Below, one piece after another: positions 10,059-19,862 of a stretch of 64,000 bases of DNA; position 1 is the first letter of the stretch; each line of letters opens with the position of its first letter. This stretch comes from Bacillota bacterium (lineage in GTDB: Bacteria > Bacillota > Sulfobacillia > DUSP01 > JBFMCS01). The DNA is taken from the NCBI GenBank assembly GCA_040754315.1, contig JBFMCS010000051.1:74840-138839 (forward strand), given 5' to 3'. Both the position numbers and the translations under genes were made by a program. Below the pieces are notes generated by a model. The model did not search any database, had not been told where the DNA came from, and saw nothing but the letters and a program-made list of their open reading frames with translations.

Positions 10059-11441
10059 TTGGGTCCGAAGGGTCTCCTGGCGTTGCATACGGGGAAGATC
10101 GCCATGCTGGCCAGCAGGGTAACGGGACGAGGGGGATCGACCCTTCCCGGCAGGCTGGCCTTGAAGATAGAGCCTGGCCTCATGAGGCACCTGGCTGGGC
10201 AGGCCCGGCGCTCCGTGATGGTGACGGGCACCAACGGCAAGACCACCACGGCTAGCCTGCTGGCCAGCATTCTCCGGCAGACGGGGGAAGGTGTGGTACA
10301 CAACGGCTCCGGGGCGAACCTCATCCCCGGGGTGACCTCGGCCCTCATCGGTGCCGCCAGCCCAGCGGGAAGGCTCAAGGCAGGTTGGGCCGTGCTGGAG
10401 GTAGACGAGGCAACAGTACCGCTGTTTCTACGGCAGGTCAGGCCTGATGTCTCTATAGTGACCAACTTCTTCCGGGACCAGCTGGACCGGTACGGTGAGA
10501 TAGAACACATAGTGGACCTGGTCAAGCAGGGCCTTTCCATGCTGCCGGATACCTCCTGGGTAGTGCTGAACGCCGATGACCCAATGGTGAGCGGGCTTGC
10601 CCAGGGGCTCGAGGCCCGGGTGCTCCACTACGGCCTTGACTTGCCCGAGATGACCTCAGGGGTGGGCTCCCACGCCGTGGACGTGAGGCACTGCAGGGTG
10701 TGTGACACGCCCTACTCCTACCAGGGCTACTACTACGCGCACCTGGGCATCTACCATTGCCCCAGCTGCGGCCGTGAGCGGCCCGCCCTCTCGGTCAAGG
10801 CGAGCAGGGTCGAACCGGCGGGCACTCGCGGCACAGGGGTGGTGCTTGGCTTCCCCGACGGGTCCTCCGAAAGGGTCTTCGTCCGGGTCCCCGGCCTCTA
10901 CAATGTCTATAACGTGCTGGCGGCCGCCACCGCCGCCTGGCGCCTGGGAGTCTTTCCAGCAAACATTAAGGCTGGGATCGAGGCGTTCCTGGCCGCCTTC
11001 GGCCGCATGGAGGAGGTCCGGATAAAGGGGCGCCGGGTGTTCCTGGCCCTGGCGAAGAACCCTGCCGGCTTCAACGAGGTTCTAAGGACCATCGGGGCCG
11101 ACCAGGGGGACAAGACGCTGCTCATCGCCATTAATGACAACACCGCCGATGGCAAGGATGTGTCGTGGCTGTGGGACGTGGACTTTGAGGTCCTGGCGGA
11201 GGAGGGCGCGCTCCGCGCCGTGGTGGCCTCTGGGATCAGGGCGGAGGACATGGCATTGAGGCTGAAGTATGGGGGGGTAGACCCCTCCCGGATTCGCTGG
11301 GACACGGACATCATGGCCGCTCTGGAGAGCGCGCTCCGCAAGACCCCGCCCGGGGAGGTGCTCTACGTGCTCCCCACCTACACAGCAATGCTTGATCTCC
11401 GGGGGAGGCTAGCGCGGAGGGGACTGGTGAAGCCTTGGTAG
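10059..11441 (+). CDS. murT: Lipid II isoglutaminyl synthase subunit MurT (Mur-ligase-like, with DUF1727-type C-terminus)
   Basis: Mur ligase P-loop VMVTGTNGKTTTASLLASIL. Cys4 ribbon CRVCDTPYSY ... HCPSCG. It is directly followed by and overlaps a GatD-like gene. Confidence 0.85.
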   Translation: MGPKGLLALHTGKIAMLASRVTGRGGSTLPGRLALKIEPGLMRHLAGQARRSVMVTGTNGKTTTASLLASILRQTGEGVVHNGSGANLIPGVTSALIGAASPAGRLKAGWAVLEVDEATVPLFLRQVRPDVSIVTNFFRDQLDRYGEIEHIVDLVKQGLSMLPDTSWVVLNADDPMVSGLAQGLEARVLHYGLDLPEMTSGVGSHAVDVRHCRVCDTPYSYQGYYYAHLGIYHCPSCGRERPALSVKASRVEPAGTRGTGVVLGFPDGSSERVFVRVPGLYNVYNVLAAATAAWRLGVFPANIKAGIEAFLAAFGRMEEVRIKGRRVFLALAKNPAGFNEVLRTIGADQGDKTLLIAINDNTADGKDVSWLWDVDFEVLAEEGALRAVVASGIRAEDMALRLKYGGVDPSRIRWDTDIMAALESALRKTPPGEVLYVLPTYTAMLDLRGRLARRGLVKPW

Positions 11442-12175
11442 GCCGAGGGGTGCTGAAGATATGCCACCTGTATCCTGACCTCATGAATCTGTACGGTGAC
11501 AGGGGCAACGTGATATGCCTGTGCCGCAGGGCCCAGTGGCGCGGGATCCGTCCTGAGGTTACTTGGGTGTCCCTGGGGACCAACCTGGACTTTGCCCAGT
11601 TCGACCTCATCTTCATGGGGGGCGGCCAGGACAGGGAGCAGCTCAGCGTGTGCCAGGACTTCCAGAGGGTCAAGGGGTCAAGCCTCCGGGAGGCGGTAGA
11701 GGCCGGTGTGGTGTGCCTTGCCATCTGCGGGGGATACCAGCTCATGGGCCACTCCTACAGCACCCACGATGGAAAGACCCTCCCTGGCATAGGGGTTATG
11801 GATGTGGTGACCCAGGCGGGCAAGAAACGCCTGATAGGCAATGTTGTCGTGGAGTCGGACCTCACAGGAGGCACCCTGGTGGGTTTCGAGAACCACTCGG
11901 GAAAGACCTACCTAGGCCCTAGTGTCAAGCCCCTGGGCCGTGTGGTCCAGGGCTACGGGAATAACGGTGAGGACGGTTGCGAGGGGGCTCTCTACAGGGG
12001 CCTGGTGGGCACGTACCTTCACGGCTCCCTCCTGCCCAAGAACCCTCGCCTGGCAGACTACCTCATAGAATCCGCCTTGAGAAGGAGGGACCCGGCTTTT
12101 TGCCTGGAGCCCCTGGATGATACCATCGAGATGGTAGCCCACCAGGCTGCCGTCAAGCGGGCTAAGGCCCGGTGA
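11435..12175 (+). CDS. gatD: Glutamine amidotransferase GatD (CobB/CobQ-like), partner of MurT
   Basis: LKICHLYPDLMNLYGDRGNVI, FMGGGQDREQ and catalytic ICGGYQLMG match GatD. Its start overlaps the murT stop, which suggests translational coupling. Confidence 0.85.
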   Translation: MVGRGVLKICHLYPDLMNLYGDRGNVICLCRRAQWRGIRPEVTWVSLGTNLDFAQFDLIFMGGGQDREQLSVCQDFQRVKGSSLREAVEAGVVCLAICGGYQLMGHSYSTHDGKTLPGIGVMDVVTQAGKKRLIGNVVVESDLTGGTLVGFENHSGKTYLGPSVKPLGRVVQGYGNNGEDGCEGALYRGLVGTYLHGSLLPKNPRLADYLIESALRRRDPAFCLEPLDDTIEMVAHQAAVKRAKAR

Positions 12176-12176
12176 G

Positions 12177-12632
12177 TCATTCCACGGGGATGCCGGGCCT
12201 GGCGGCGGCCGCGATATACAAGGAGAGCCTGGGGGAGATAAACACTGCCCTGACCTCAAGGGTGTAGATGGCGCCCCCGGCCTCTACCAGGCGCCCGTGG
12301 AAGAACTCGTACACCAGGACAGGGTCAAGGTCTTCAACCCGGCGTCCTATGAAGCTGGCAAGGAGCCCCTTGATCCCGTCCTCCAGGACCTTGCGGTCAG
12401 GGCTGTCATTTTCCAGGATAACGCTGGTCTCCCGCACAGTGATCCAGTGGGTGGAGGGGTTCTGGCGAAGTCTCCCCAGGGCGGCCTCCCGGTCCTGGAC
12501 TATGAAGATGAGGGACTCCCCCTCCATCATGAGGGTTTCCAGGCGGTGGCCCACCAGCGCCAGGGTGAGAGAGGCACCTAGTACCACCCCCAACACCAGG
12601 ACGCTGCTGCCGGCGACAAGCGCGCGCCTCAT
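12177..12632 (-). CDS. Membrane protein, possibly YtrI-like sporulation protein
   Basis: It has an N-terminal transmembrane segment. It lies immediately downstream of, and overlaps, the ytrH-like gene on the same strand, as in the Bacillus ytrHI operon. The sequence similarity is weak. Confidence 0.4.
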   Translation of the reverse strand: MRRALVAGSSVLVLGVVLGASLTLALVGHRLETLMMEGESLIFIVQDREAALGRLRQNPSTHWITVRETSVILENDSPDRKVLEDGIKGLLASFIGRRVEDLDPVLVYEFFHGRLVEAGGAIYTLEVRAVFISPRLSLYIAAAARPGIPVE

Positions 12633-12958
12633 TCACCCCTCACCATGCTGGTGAGGATGATGTATCCAGAGTGGGCCCCCAGGAAGGCGCTGGCGAGAAT
12701 GGACATCTGGTGGGCGACGGTCATGAGATGACCGCCCAGGAGGCCCGTCTCCAGGGTCTTGAGGGTGGCGAAGGTTCCGCCCAGGGCCGCAAGGACGGCC
12801 CAGAGCTTCAGCCTTTCGGTCAGGTCGGACACGGCAGCCATGGGCATCCCGCCGGTGAGGAGCCTCCCCAGGGCACCCACTAGCGAGCCGTCGGTGACAA
12901 CGCCCAGGGCGATGAAGTAGGCATCCACCAGCTGGGAGGGCACGGTCATCGAGGCCAC
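12629..12958 (-). CDS. ytrH: Sporulation membrane protein YtrH-like
   Basis: A 109 aa protein matches YtrH in size and pattern (LKLWAVLAALGGTFATLKTLETGLLGG ... TSMVRGE). Confidence 0.55.
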   Translation of the reverse strand: MASMTVPSQLVDAYFIALGVVTDGSLVGALGRLLTGGMPMAAVSDLTERLKLWAVLAALGGTFATLKTLETGLLGGHLMTVAHQMSILASAFLGAHSGYIILTSMVRGE

Positions 12959-13011
12959 CTCCCATAGAACAACCTATGCCAGTTCCCACAAGGTGAGAAC
13001 GGGGGTATTCC

Positions 13012-13713
13012 ATGGAGGTCAAGGTTGGAGTGGCAAAGGTGCCCAAGTTTGACTACAGGGAGAGCGGGGATAGCCTGGAGGTGGTAGAGAGGCCCAGGGG
13101 CGGGATCTCGGCCATTATGGCCGATGCCCAGGGTTCAGGGGTGCCCGCCAAGCGGGTGAGCCGCATGGTGGTGTCCAAGGCCATGGCCATGGTAGCCGAC
13201 GGTGCCAGGGACGGCGCGGTGGCCAGGGCGGTTCACGACTTCCTGCACGCTTCCAAGGATGGGAAGGTGCTTTCCACCCTTACCATGGTTTCTGTTGACG
13301 CCATGAGCCATACCCTGGTGGTGTCCAGGAACGGGGGGCCTGCGGTGTGGGTCTCCGGACCCCAGTGTGACATGTTCCTGGAGGATGACTGCCCGCCCAT
13401 TGGAGTGGGGAAGATGGTAAAGCCCTCTGTCACTGAGGTCCCGCTGGCAGAGGGACTCCTGGTTGTGGTGGTCACCGACGGTATCACCTCAGCAGGCAAG
13501 CGAACCCCCAGTGCCGAGCCCCTGGACCTGGCGAGCGTTGCCCGGGAGATAGGGCCCAGGGATCCTGAGACCATCGCCGATGCCATCCTCACCCTGGCAG
13601 TGAACCTCGATGCAGGCAAGCCCTCGGGCGACATGACCGTACTGGCCTTGAGCGTTTTGCCGGAGGCCTCACGTCCCAGGGTGAGACGGCTTAGCCTGTC
13701 GTTTCCCCTTTAG
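13012..13713 (+). CDS. PP2C/SpoIIE-family serine phosphatase domain protein
   Basis: AIMADAQGSG is a DGMGHG-like metal site. VVVTDGITSAG is a TDGxxE-like motif. The layout is typical of the SpoIIE/RsbU phosphatase fold. Confidence 0.5.
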   Translation: MEVKVGVAKVPKFDYRESGDSLEVVERPRGGISAIMADAQGSGVPAKRVSRMVVSKAMAMVADGARDGAVARAVHDFLHASKDGKVLSTLTMVSVDAMSHTLVVSRNGGPAVWVSGPQCDMFLEDDCPPIGVGKMVKPSVTEVPLAEGLLVVVVTDGITSAGKRTPSAEPLDLASVAREIGPRDPETIADAILTLAVNLDAGKPSGDMTVLALSVLPEASRPRVRRLSLSFPL

Positions 13714-13767
13714 GTTACGGGTTGGTGCCTGGCGGGGGTCTAGAACTTGAGCCCAGGAGGGCCTGGG

Positions 13768-14190
13768 ATGAAGGGCCTCGGGATAGTGGTGGTAGGGCCG
13801 TGCGCTTCGGGCAAGACTACACTGGTGGAAGCGCTGCGGGCCATGGGTTTTGAGGGCGCCTACTCGGTGCCCCAGGAGCACTCGGTGGCGCCCATGCTGT
13901 GGCGGGTCAAGAACCCGGACGTCCTGGTGTTCCTGGATGCATCTTACAGTGCCATCCGGAGGCGGCGCCCCGTGTCATGGGGTCCGGATCGCCTGGGGCT
14001 CCAGCAGAACCGCCTGTCCGGGGCCAGGAGCCAGTGTGACGTCTACCTGGATACCAGCGACCTCACCCGCCAGGAAATGATAGATTCCATCACCGGACAA
14101 GTCATGGGAAGGGACTGGAAAGATGAGCATAGTCACCCTGGAGACAGTGAAGAAGGACCCCGAGGTCCAGACATACCTCAGGAGGGGTAA
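13768..14190 (+). CDS. P-loop NTPase of unknown function
   Basis: Walker A motif GPCASGKTT near the N-terminus. There is no further recognisable family signature. The 3' end overlaps the next gene. Confidence 0.4.
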   Translation: MKGLGIVVVGPCASGKTTLVEALRAMGFEGAYSVPQEHSVAPMLWRVKNPDVLVFLDASYSAIRRRRPVSWGPDRLGLQQNRLSGARSQCDVYLDTSDLTRQEMIDSITGQVMGRDWKDEHSHPGDSEEGPRGPDIPQEG

Positions 14191-14791
14191 TGACCACCTT
14201 GGGTGCATCGGCTATACCGAGCATGGGCTGCGCCACGCAGACCTTGCCGCGAGCATCGCGCGGAACGTGCTTTCTCACCTGCAACACCCCGAGAGGGAGG
14301 CGGAGCTGGCAGCCATCGCCGGTTACCTGCACGATATAGGCAACGTGGTGAGCCGCTACGGGCACGGCCAGACCGGCGCCGTCATCGCCATGGGCATCCT
14401 CTCCAGGCTGGGGATGCCACACGGGGAGATCGCTAGCGTGGCATCGGCCATTGGCAACCATGACCCTGAGGAACTGGGCGCCTCGGTGAACAACGTGGCC
14501 GCCGCGCTGATCCTGGCGGACAAGTCCGATGTTCACCGGTCCCGGGTGCGGAACTGCGACAGGTCATCCTTTGACATCCATGACAGGGTGAACTACGCGG
14601 TGGAACGCTCCTTCCTGAGGGTAGATGGCAAGAAGAAGACTATCACCCTGGAGATCACCGTTGACACCAGCATATCCCCTGTGATGGACTACTTCGAGAT
14701 ATTCCTCGCTCGGATGCTTATGTGCCGGAGGGCCGCATCCTACCTGGAGTGTAACTTTGAACTGAGCATAAACGATGTGCGGCTGCTTTGA
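14123..14791 (+). CDS. HD-domain metal-dependent phosphohydrolase
   Basis: IGYTEHGLRHA ... YLHDIGN ... is an HD motif arrangement. Confidence 0.65.
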   Translation: MSIVTLETVKKDPEVQTYLRRGNDHLGCIGYTEHGLRHADLAASIARNVLSHLQHPEREAELAAIAGYLHDIGNVVSRYGHGQTGAVIAMGILSRLGMPHGEIASVASAIGNHDPEELGASVNNVAAALILADKSDVHRSRVRNCDRSSFDIHDRVNYAVERSFLRVDGKKKTITLEITVDTSISPVMDYFEIFLARMLMCRRAASYLECNFELSINDVRLL

Positions 14792-14848
14792 GAGGCCCTT
14801 GCCGGTAAAAGGCATGGTGCGCGCAAAGGGAGCCAGGGGGGACAGGCA

Positions 14849-15313
14849 GTGGAGGATCTGGTGCTTTGCCCCATAGGGTATGTGGAAAACGGGCTTCAGG
14901 AAAGGCCCCCAGGCGGCTGGGCCAGTGCCATATCCAGGGTGGTTGTATCCGAGGCCCTCTCATGCGCCCTGGAGGGGATTGAGGAGTTCTCCCACATCGT
15001 AGTGATCTTCTGGTTTCACCGGGCACCCCCTGGAGGCCCCCTGAAGGTGCATCCCAAGGGCCGGGGGGACCTGCCCCTGGTGGGTGTCCTCTCAACCCGG
15101 AGCCCACAGCGGCCAAACCGCCTGGGCATCCAGACCGTCAGGCTCAAGACGCGCCAGGAAAACGTCCTCACGGTCCAGGGTCTTGATGCCCTGGATGGTA
15201 CCCCCGTGCTCGACATAAAGCCCTTCATCGCGCCTGTGGAGGGTGATTTAAGGCTGCCCCAGTGGGCCCGTGTGCTCGAGTCTGAGAGGGAGGCGAGCCC
15301 TGACTGCGTTTGA
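14849..15313 (+). CDS. trmO: tRNA (adenine37-N6)-methyltransferase TrmO/TsaA (YaeB-like)
   Basis: Motifs LCPIGYVENG, HIVVIFWFH and LGVLSTRSPQRPNRLGIQTVRL, plus DGTPVLDIKP, are typical of the TsaA family. Confidence 0.7.
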   Translation: MEDLVLCPIGYVENGLQERPPGGWASAISRVVVSEALSCALEGIEEFSHIVVIFWFHRAPPGGPLKVHPKGRGDLPLVGVLSTRSPQRPNRLGIQTVRLKTRQENVLTVQGLDALDGTPVLDIKPFIAPVEGDLRLPQWARVLESEREASPDCV

Positions 15314-15374
15314 CAATAATCCAGCACAGGCGATATAATTGTGGACGTGCCAACACCTCGGAAGGGGGCGACCT

Positions 15375-16691
15375 ATGTTGGACCCCAGTGCCCTGATCCT
15401 TCCCGTGGCCATAGCCGCGGTCGCCATCATCATCTTCGTTCTCATCTACCGGAAGGCCGACCGGGTAGGCCGGGCCCGGCTCATGTTTCTCACGGTGGTT
15501 ACGCTCATCGTGTTCCTCTTCGGTTACAGCCTCTTCGGTCCCGACCCGGTCTACAACAGGATCAACCGGGGTCTTGACCTTCAGGGAGGCATCCATGTGG
15601 TGCTGGAGGCACAGGACACCCCCGACATGGTGGTGGATGAGGCAGCAATGCGCCAGTCCGTAGACATAATCCGGGAGCGCATAGACAAGCTGGGGGTGAG
15701 CGAGCCTGTCATCCAGCGCGAGGGCGCCCGGAGGATCATAGTGGAGCTTCCAGGCGTTAGCGAGGTGGAGCAGGCGCTGGATGTCATCGGTCGCCCGGCG
15801 TTCCTCGAATTCAAGGATGAGGCCGGGGAGACAGTGATCACCGGCAACGACCTCAAGAGGGCGGACATCGGCAGGAGGACCCAGCTGGCTGAGGAGTACG
15901 TGGTGACCCTGGAACTCGGCCCCGAGGGGGCCAAGAGTTTCGCCGAGGCTACCACCGCCAATGTCCAGCGCAGGATATTCATCCTCCTGGATGGCCAGGT
16001 CATTTCCGCACCCATTGTCATCGAACCCATACTGGACGGAAGCGCCCAGATCACCGGGTTCAGCACCCCGGAGGAGGCCTACGCCATGTCCGTCATGCTG
16101 AATTCCGGTGCCCTTCCCGTGAAACTGGAGATCGTTGAGAACAGGTCGGTCTCCGGTACCCTGGGGGAGGACTCGATGGCGCGAAGCCTCCGGGCGGCCG
16201 GCATTGGCACTGGCGCGGTGCTCCTTTTCATGCTGGCCTACTACCGGCTGCCAGGCCTCATGGCCGACCTGGCGCTCTTCGTCTACACCATGGTGGTCCT
16301 CGCGGTGCTGGCGGCCATCAACGCCACCCTGACACTGCCTGGCATCGCCGGGCTGATACTCTCCATTGGCATGGCGGTGGACGCCAATGTCATCATCTTT
16401 GAGGGGATCAAGGAGGAACTCCGGCAAGGCAAGACTGCCTGGGCATCGGTGGACTCCGGGTTCAGGCAGGCCTTCAGGGCTATTGTCGATGCCAACGTCA
16501 CGACCCTGATCGCCGCAGTGGTTCTCTTCTACCTGGGAGCTGGGCCCATCAGGGGGTTTGCCGTGACCTTAAGCACTGGCCTGGTTACCAGCATGCTCAC
16601 GGCAATAGTGGTCACGAAGTACCTCATGCGGCTAATGATAGGGAGCCGGTGGGCGAAAGACGCAAGGCTCCTGTTGGGGGTGAAGTTATGA
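15375..16691 (+). CDS. secD: Protein translocase subunit SecD
   Basis: N-terminal TM, periplasmic domain, and C-terminal 6-TM block (LLFMLAYYRLPG ... GMAVDANVIIFE). A strong GGAAGGGGG Shine-Dalgarno sequence sits before ATG 15375. Confidence 0.9.
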   Translation: MLDPSALILPVAIAAVAIIIFVLIYRKADRVGRARLMFLTVVTLIVFLFGYSLFGPDPVYNRINRGLDLQGGIHVVLEAQDTPDMVVDEAAMRQSVDIIRERIDKLGVSEPVIQREGARRIIVELPGVSEVEQALDVIGRPAFLEFKDEAGETVITGNDLKRADIGRRTQLAEEYVVTLELGPEGAKSFAEATTANVQRRIFILLDGQVISAPIVIEPILDGSAQITGFSTPEEAYAMSVMLNSGALPVKLEIVENRSVSGTLGEDSMARSLRAAGIGTGAVLLFMLAYYRLPGLMADLALFVYTMVVLAVLAAINATLTLPGIAGLILSIGMAVDANVIIFEGIKEELRQGKTAWASVDSGFRQAFRAIVDANVTTLIAAVVLFYLGAGPIRGFAVTLSTGLVTSMLTAIVVTKYLMRLMIGSRWAKDARLLLGVKL

Positions 16692-17584
16692 TCAGGCCCC
16701 GGGCGATAAACTTCATGGGTCACAGCAGGCTCTGGCTCACCCTGTCCCTGGTCCTGATCCTGGTAGGCCTCGCCTTCATTGCCTTGCCAGGCTACGGGAT
16801 GAGGCTGGGGATCGACTTTACCGGCGGCTCCCTTTTGGACCTCAAGTTCCAGGAGCCCACCAGCACCATGGCCATCAGGGAGGTCATGGCCAAGCACGGG
16901 CTTGGTAACAGCGTCATCCAGCGGGCCAGCGCGGACGGGCGGGAGATAATAATCAGGACCCGGCCCTTGGAGGAGGAGCTCCGCCGGGAGGTGACCCAGG
17001 ACCTCAAGTCCGAGGTTTCCGAGTTCGAAGTGGTCCGCATCGAGGAGGTCAAGGGTGTCATCAGCCGGGAGCTGACCCAGAAGGCCTTCCTGGCCCTGGC
17101 GATAGCTGTGGCAGGGATGCTCGTCTATATAACCTTGAGGTTTGAGTTCAAGTTCGCGGTGGCCGCCATTGTTGCCCTGGCGCACGACGTGCTGATAGTG
17201 GTGGGTGTCTTCTCCATACTGGGTATGGAGGTCAACAGTTCCTTCGTTGCGGCAGTGCTAGCCATCATCGGCTACTCCATCAACGACACCATCGTCATAT
17301 TCGACCGCATCCGGGAGAACCTGAAGTCCAGGAAGAAGGAGTCCCTAGAGGAAGTGGTAAATAACAGCCTTAACCAGACTTTGGGTAGGTCCATCAACAC
17401 ATCCCTCACCACCCTCCTTGCCGTGGGAGCCGTGTTTGTGTTCGGTGGGAAGACCACACAGGACTTCGCCCTGGCCCTCATTGTCGGCATAGTGAGTGGC
17501 ACCTATTCCTCGCTGTTAGTGGCAAGCCCCATCTGGGTGTGGTGGAAGAACCGGGAGGCCCTGGCGAAGTCGGCCAAGGCCTAG
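16688..17584 (+). CDS. secF: Protein translocase subunit SecF
   Basis: ATGA overlap with the secD stop. SecF motifs GIDFTGGS, AIIGYSINDTIVIFDRIRE. Confidence 0.9.
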   Translation: MIRPRAINFMGHSRLWLTLSLVLILVGLAFIALPGYGMRLGIDFTGGSLLDLKFQEPTSTMAIREVMAKHGLGNSVIQRASADGREIIIRTRPLEEELRREVTQDLKSEVSEFEVVRIEEVKGVISRELTQKAFLALAIAVAGMLVYITLRFEFKFAVAAIVALAHDVLIVVGVFSILGMEVNSSFVAAVLAIIGYSINDTIVIFDRIRENLKSRKKESLEEVVNNSLNQTLGRSINTSLTTLLAVGAVFVFGGKTTQDFALALIVGIVSGTYSSLLVASPIWVWWKNREALAKSAKA

Positions 17585-17605
17585 ACCCTACTAGTAGACA
17601 TTAGG

Positions 17606-17629
17606 CCCCGGCCTCGGCCGGGGCCTGGC
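17606..17629 (+). terminator. GC-rich hairpin after secF (GGCCCCGGCC-TCGG-CCGGGGCC), putative intrinsic terminator without a T-tract
   Basis: A perfect inverted repeat lies 22 nt after the secF stop. Downstream is not T-rich, which is common in high-GC genomes. Confidence 0.4.
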
Positions 17630-17714
17630 GTGCTTCAGGGCGGGTTGGTACCAGGGTCTCGGGTCTGTACAAGGCCATTCTCGAGATCAGAGGACGTGCA
17701 AGTGCCCCTTGGAT

Positions 17715-18100
17715 TCAAACTAGAGTAGCCCTGTACTCCCTCCGCCACGTGTCACACTGGATGAGGTAAACGAAGAGATGGGCCTTCGTCATCAGCTGCC
17801 CAAACCAGGGGTAGTGGATGGTATCCTCGGATGCCAGCAATGCCTGCACGTGCCCCTGGTCAATCAAGGGCACCAGGGGTGACACGTGATCCTCCAGGAT
17901 GGCCTGGAACCGCTGCTTGGCCATGGCCATGTAGGATGGGTTGTGAGTCTTGGGGTAGGGTGTCTTCCTGCGGTTGAGTATGGGCCTGGGCAGCAGCCCC
18001 TGGAGTGCCCTTCTGAATATGGCCTTCTCCACTCCCCCTTTGGCCTTGATTTCCCACGGACCCCAAGTGTTGGCAGAATCCTTTTTTCTCTTGCCCCATC
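17715..18100 (-). pseudogene. asnB: Asparagine synthetase (AsnB) C-terminal remnant with a frame change
   Basis: LLPRPILNRRKTPYPKTHNP matches the AsnB C-terminal region. The preceding EKKGF ... segment is in another frame. The N-terminal ~450 codons are absent. Confidence 0.55.
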
Positions 18101-18539
18101 TTACGCCGGCCCGCTCCCTTGGTGCCTGTCCTTGTCAGTTCTGGGGTTACTGGTGCTGGAAACTCAGAGAGACAAGACCACGAGCCCTGTGAATATGATG
18201 GTTAGTGGAACGGGAGGAGGGATGAGGGGAGTGCCCAAAGGGAAAGGCCAGCCAGATCACGGGCCTCACGCCCAGGCAGATCCGGTACTACCAGGAAAAA
18301 GGCCCGGTTGGACCTGGCGTCACCCCAGGGGGGCACCGGCAATTCAGCCGGGAAGACATTGAGGTCCTCATGGCCGTCAGGGACATGGTGCGGGAGGGTT
18401 TCTCCCTATGCCAGATCCGGGAGATCCTTGCCTCAGGGCCTGCCAGGGAACCCACCTTGGCGGAGTCCATCGAGCACAGGGGATACGAGGACGTGAAACT
18501 CTACTTCGGATCACAAGTTTGAGGGGTGAGTTGCTTGGG

Positions 18540-19862
18540 ATGATCCGGCCAGGAAATCCTCTCCGTCATCCGGGAGGCGAATATTCGATTCCTACGCCTT
18601 CAATTCAGCGACATCCTGGACACCGTTAAGAGCGTGGCAGTGCCCGAAAGCAGGGCAGAGGCAGTGGTGGACGGGGAGGTCGCCTTCGACGGCTCGGCCG
18701 TGGAAGGTTTCGGGTGGAGGAATCAGACATGCGCCTGGTTCCGGACACATCCACCTTCGCCGTGATGCCGTGGAGGTCCGAGGACGGGAGTGTGACAGGG
18801 CACTTTCACTGCGATGTCTTCCACCCAGATGGGCGGCCCTTCGAGGGATGCCCACGGCTTGCCCTGAAGCGCCAGGTGGATGCCGCAGCCCGGATGGGCT
18901 TCGGTGCCAGGGTAGGGCCGGAGGCGGAATTCTACCTGTTCAAGAAGGGTGAGGACGGCTTTGCCACCACGGTCCCCACCGATGAAGGCACCTATTTTGA
19001 CTATGCCGCTTCGGGGATAGGAGAGGAGACCCGCCGCGCCATGGTCATGGCCCTGCAGGATATGGGCTTCCAGGTAGAGACCTCGCACCACGAGAGTTCC
19101 CCAGGGCAGCACGAGATAGGGCTTGCCCATGCGGACGCGCTCACCACGGCAGATCGCATAGCAACCCTTCGCCTGGTGGTGCGCCGGATCGCGGGTCTCT
19201 ATGGACTTCACGCCACCTTCATGCCCAAACCAGTCCAGGGCCTCTCGGGCTCGGGATTGCACCTGCACATGTCCCTGGAGCGCCACGGCAGGAACGCCTT
19301 CCTGGACGAGCACCAGCCCATGGCCTTGAGCCAGGAGGCCCTGTGCTTCATCGGGGGACTAATGGAACATGCCCAAGCCTACACCGCTGTTGTGTGCTCC
19401 ACTGTGAACTCCTACAAGCGACTGGTACCAGGCTATGAGGCCCCGGTCTTCGTAGCCTGGTCAGAGCGGAACCGGAGCCCCTTGGTACGAGTGCCCGCCT
19501 TCCGGGGCCCAGATACCCGGGTGGAGCTGAGGAGCCCTGACCCTGCGGGAAACCCCTACTTGACCCTCGCCGTCACGCTAGGGGCGGGCCTAGACGGCAT
19601 TAGCCGGGGGGTCCTCCCGCCCAGACCTGTTGACAGGAACCTGTACAGGATGGATGCCCGGGAGAGGGCACGCCTTGGGATCGCCGATCTCCCCAGGGAC
19701 CTGGGAAGGGCATTGGAGCTGGCCGAGAAGAGCATGCTGGTGCGACAGGTGCTGGGGGATCACATTATGGAACGGTTCCTTGAGGCCAAGGGAATCGAGT
19801 GGGAGATCTACTCGACTTGCGTTCACAAGTGGGAGGTAGATCACTATCTCAACAGGGTCTGA
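18540..19862 (+). pseudogene. glnA: Glutamine synthetase type I (glnA) reading frame, interrupted by at least two frameshifts. The catalytic part 18714-19862 is intact
   Basis: The N-terminal beta-grasp motif IRFLRLQFSDILDT ... VAFDGSAVEGF is in frame 1. After the ATG at 18540 the frame is already shifted. The segment FRVEESDMRLVPD and the rest of the GS catalytic domain are in frame 0. Total span is 441 codons, typical of GSI. Confidence 0.7.

Noticed and set aside
10600-10800. Cys-rich segment in MurT (CRVCDTPYSY ... HCPSCG) as an inserted foreign domain
   Set aside because: A Cys4 zinc ribbon is a normal feature of MurT proteins.
17690-17740. tRNA-like T-loop sequence (GGATTCAAAC / GTTTGAATCC) between secF and the asnB remnant
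   Set aside because: A full cloverleaf could not be built. The acceptor and anticodon arms and the CCA context are absent. It is probably a coincidental or fossil fragment.
18714-19862. ORF 18714-19862 as a standalone N-terminally truncated glutamine synthetase starting at GTG
   Set aside because: The upstream 170 bp encode the missing GS beta-grasp domain in another frame. The gene is a frameshifted full-length glnA, not a short variant.
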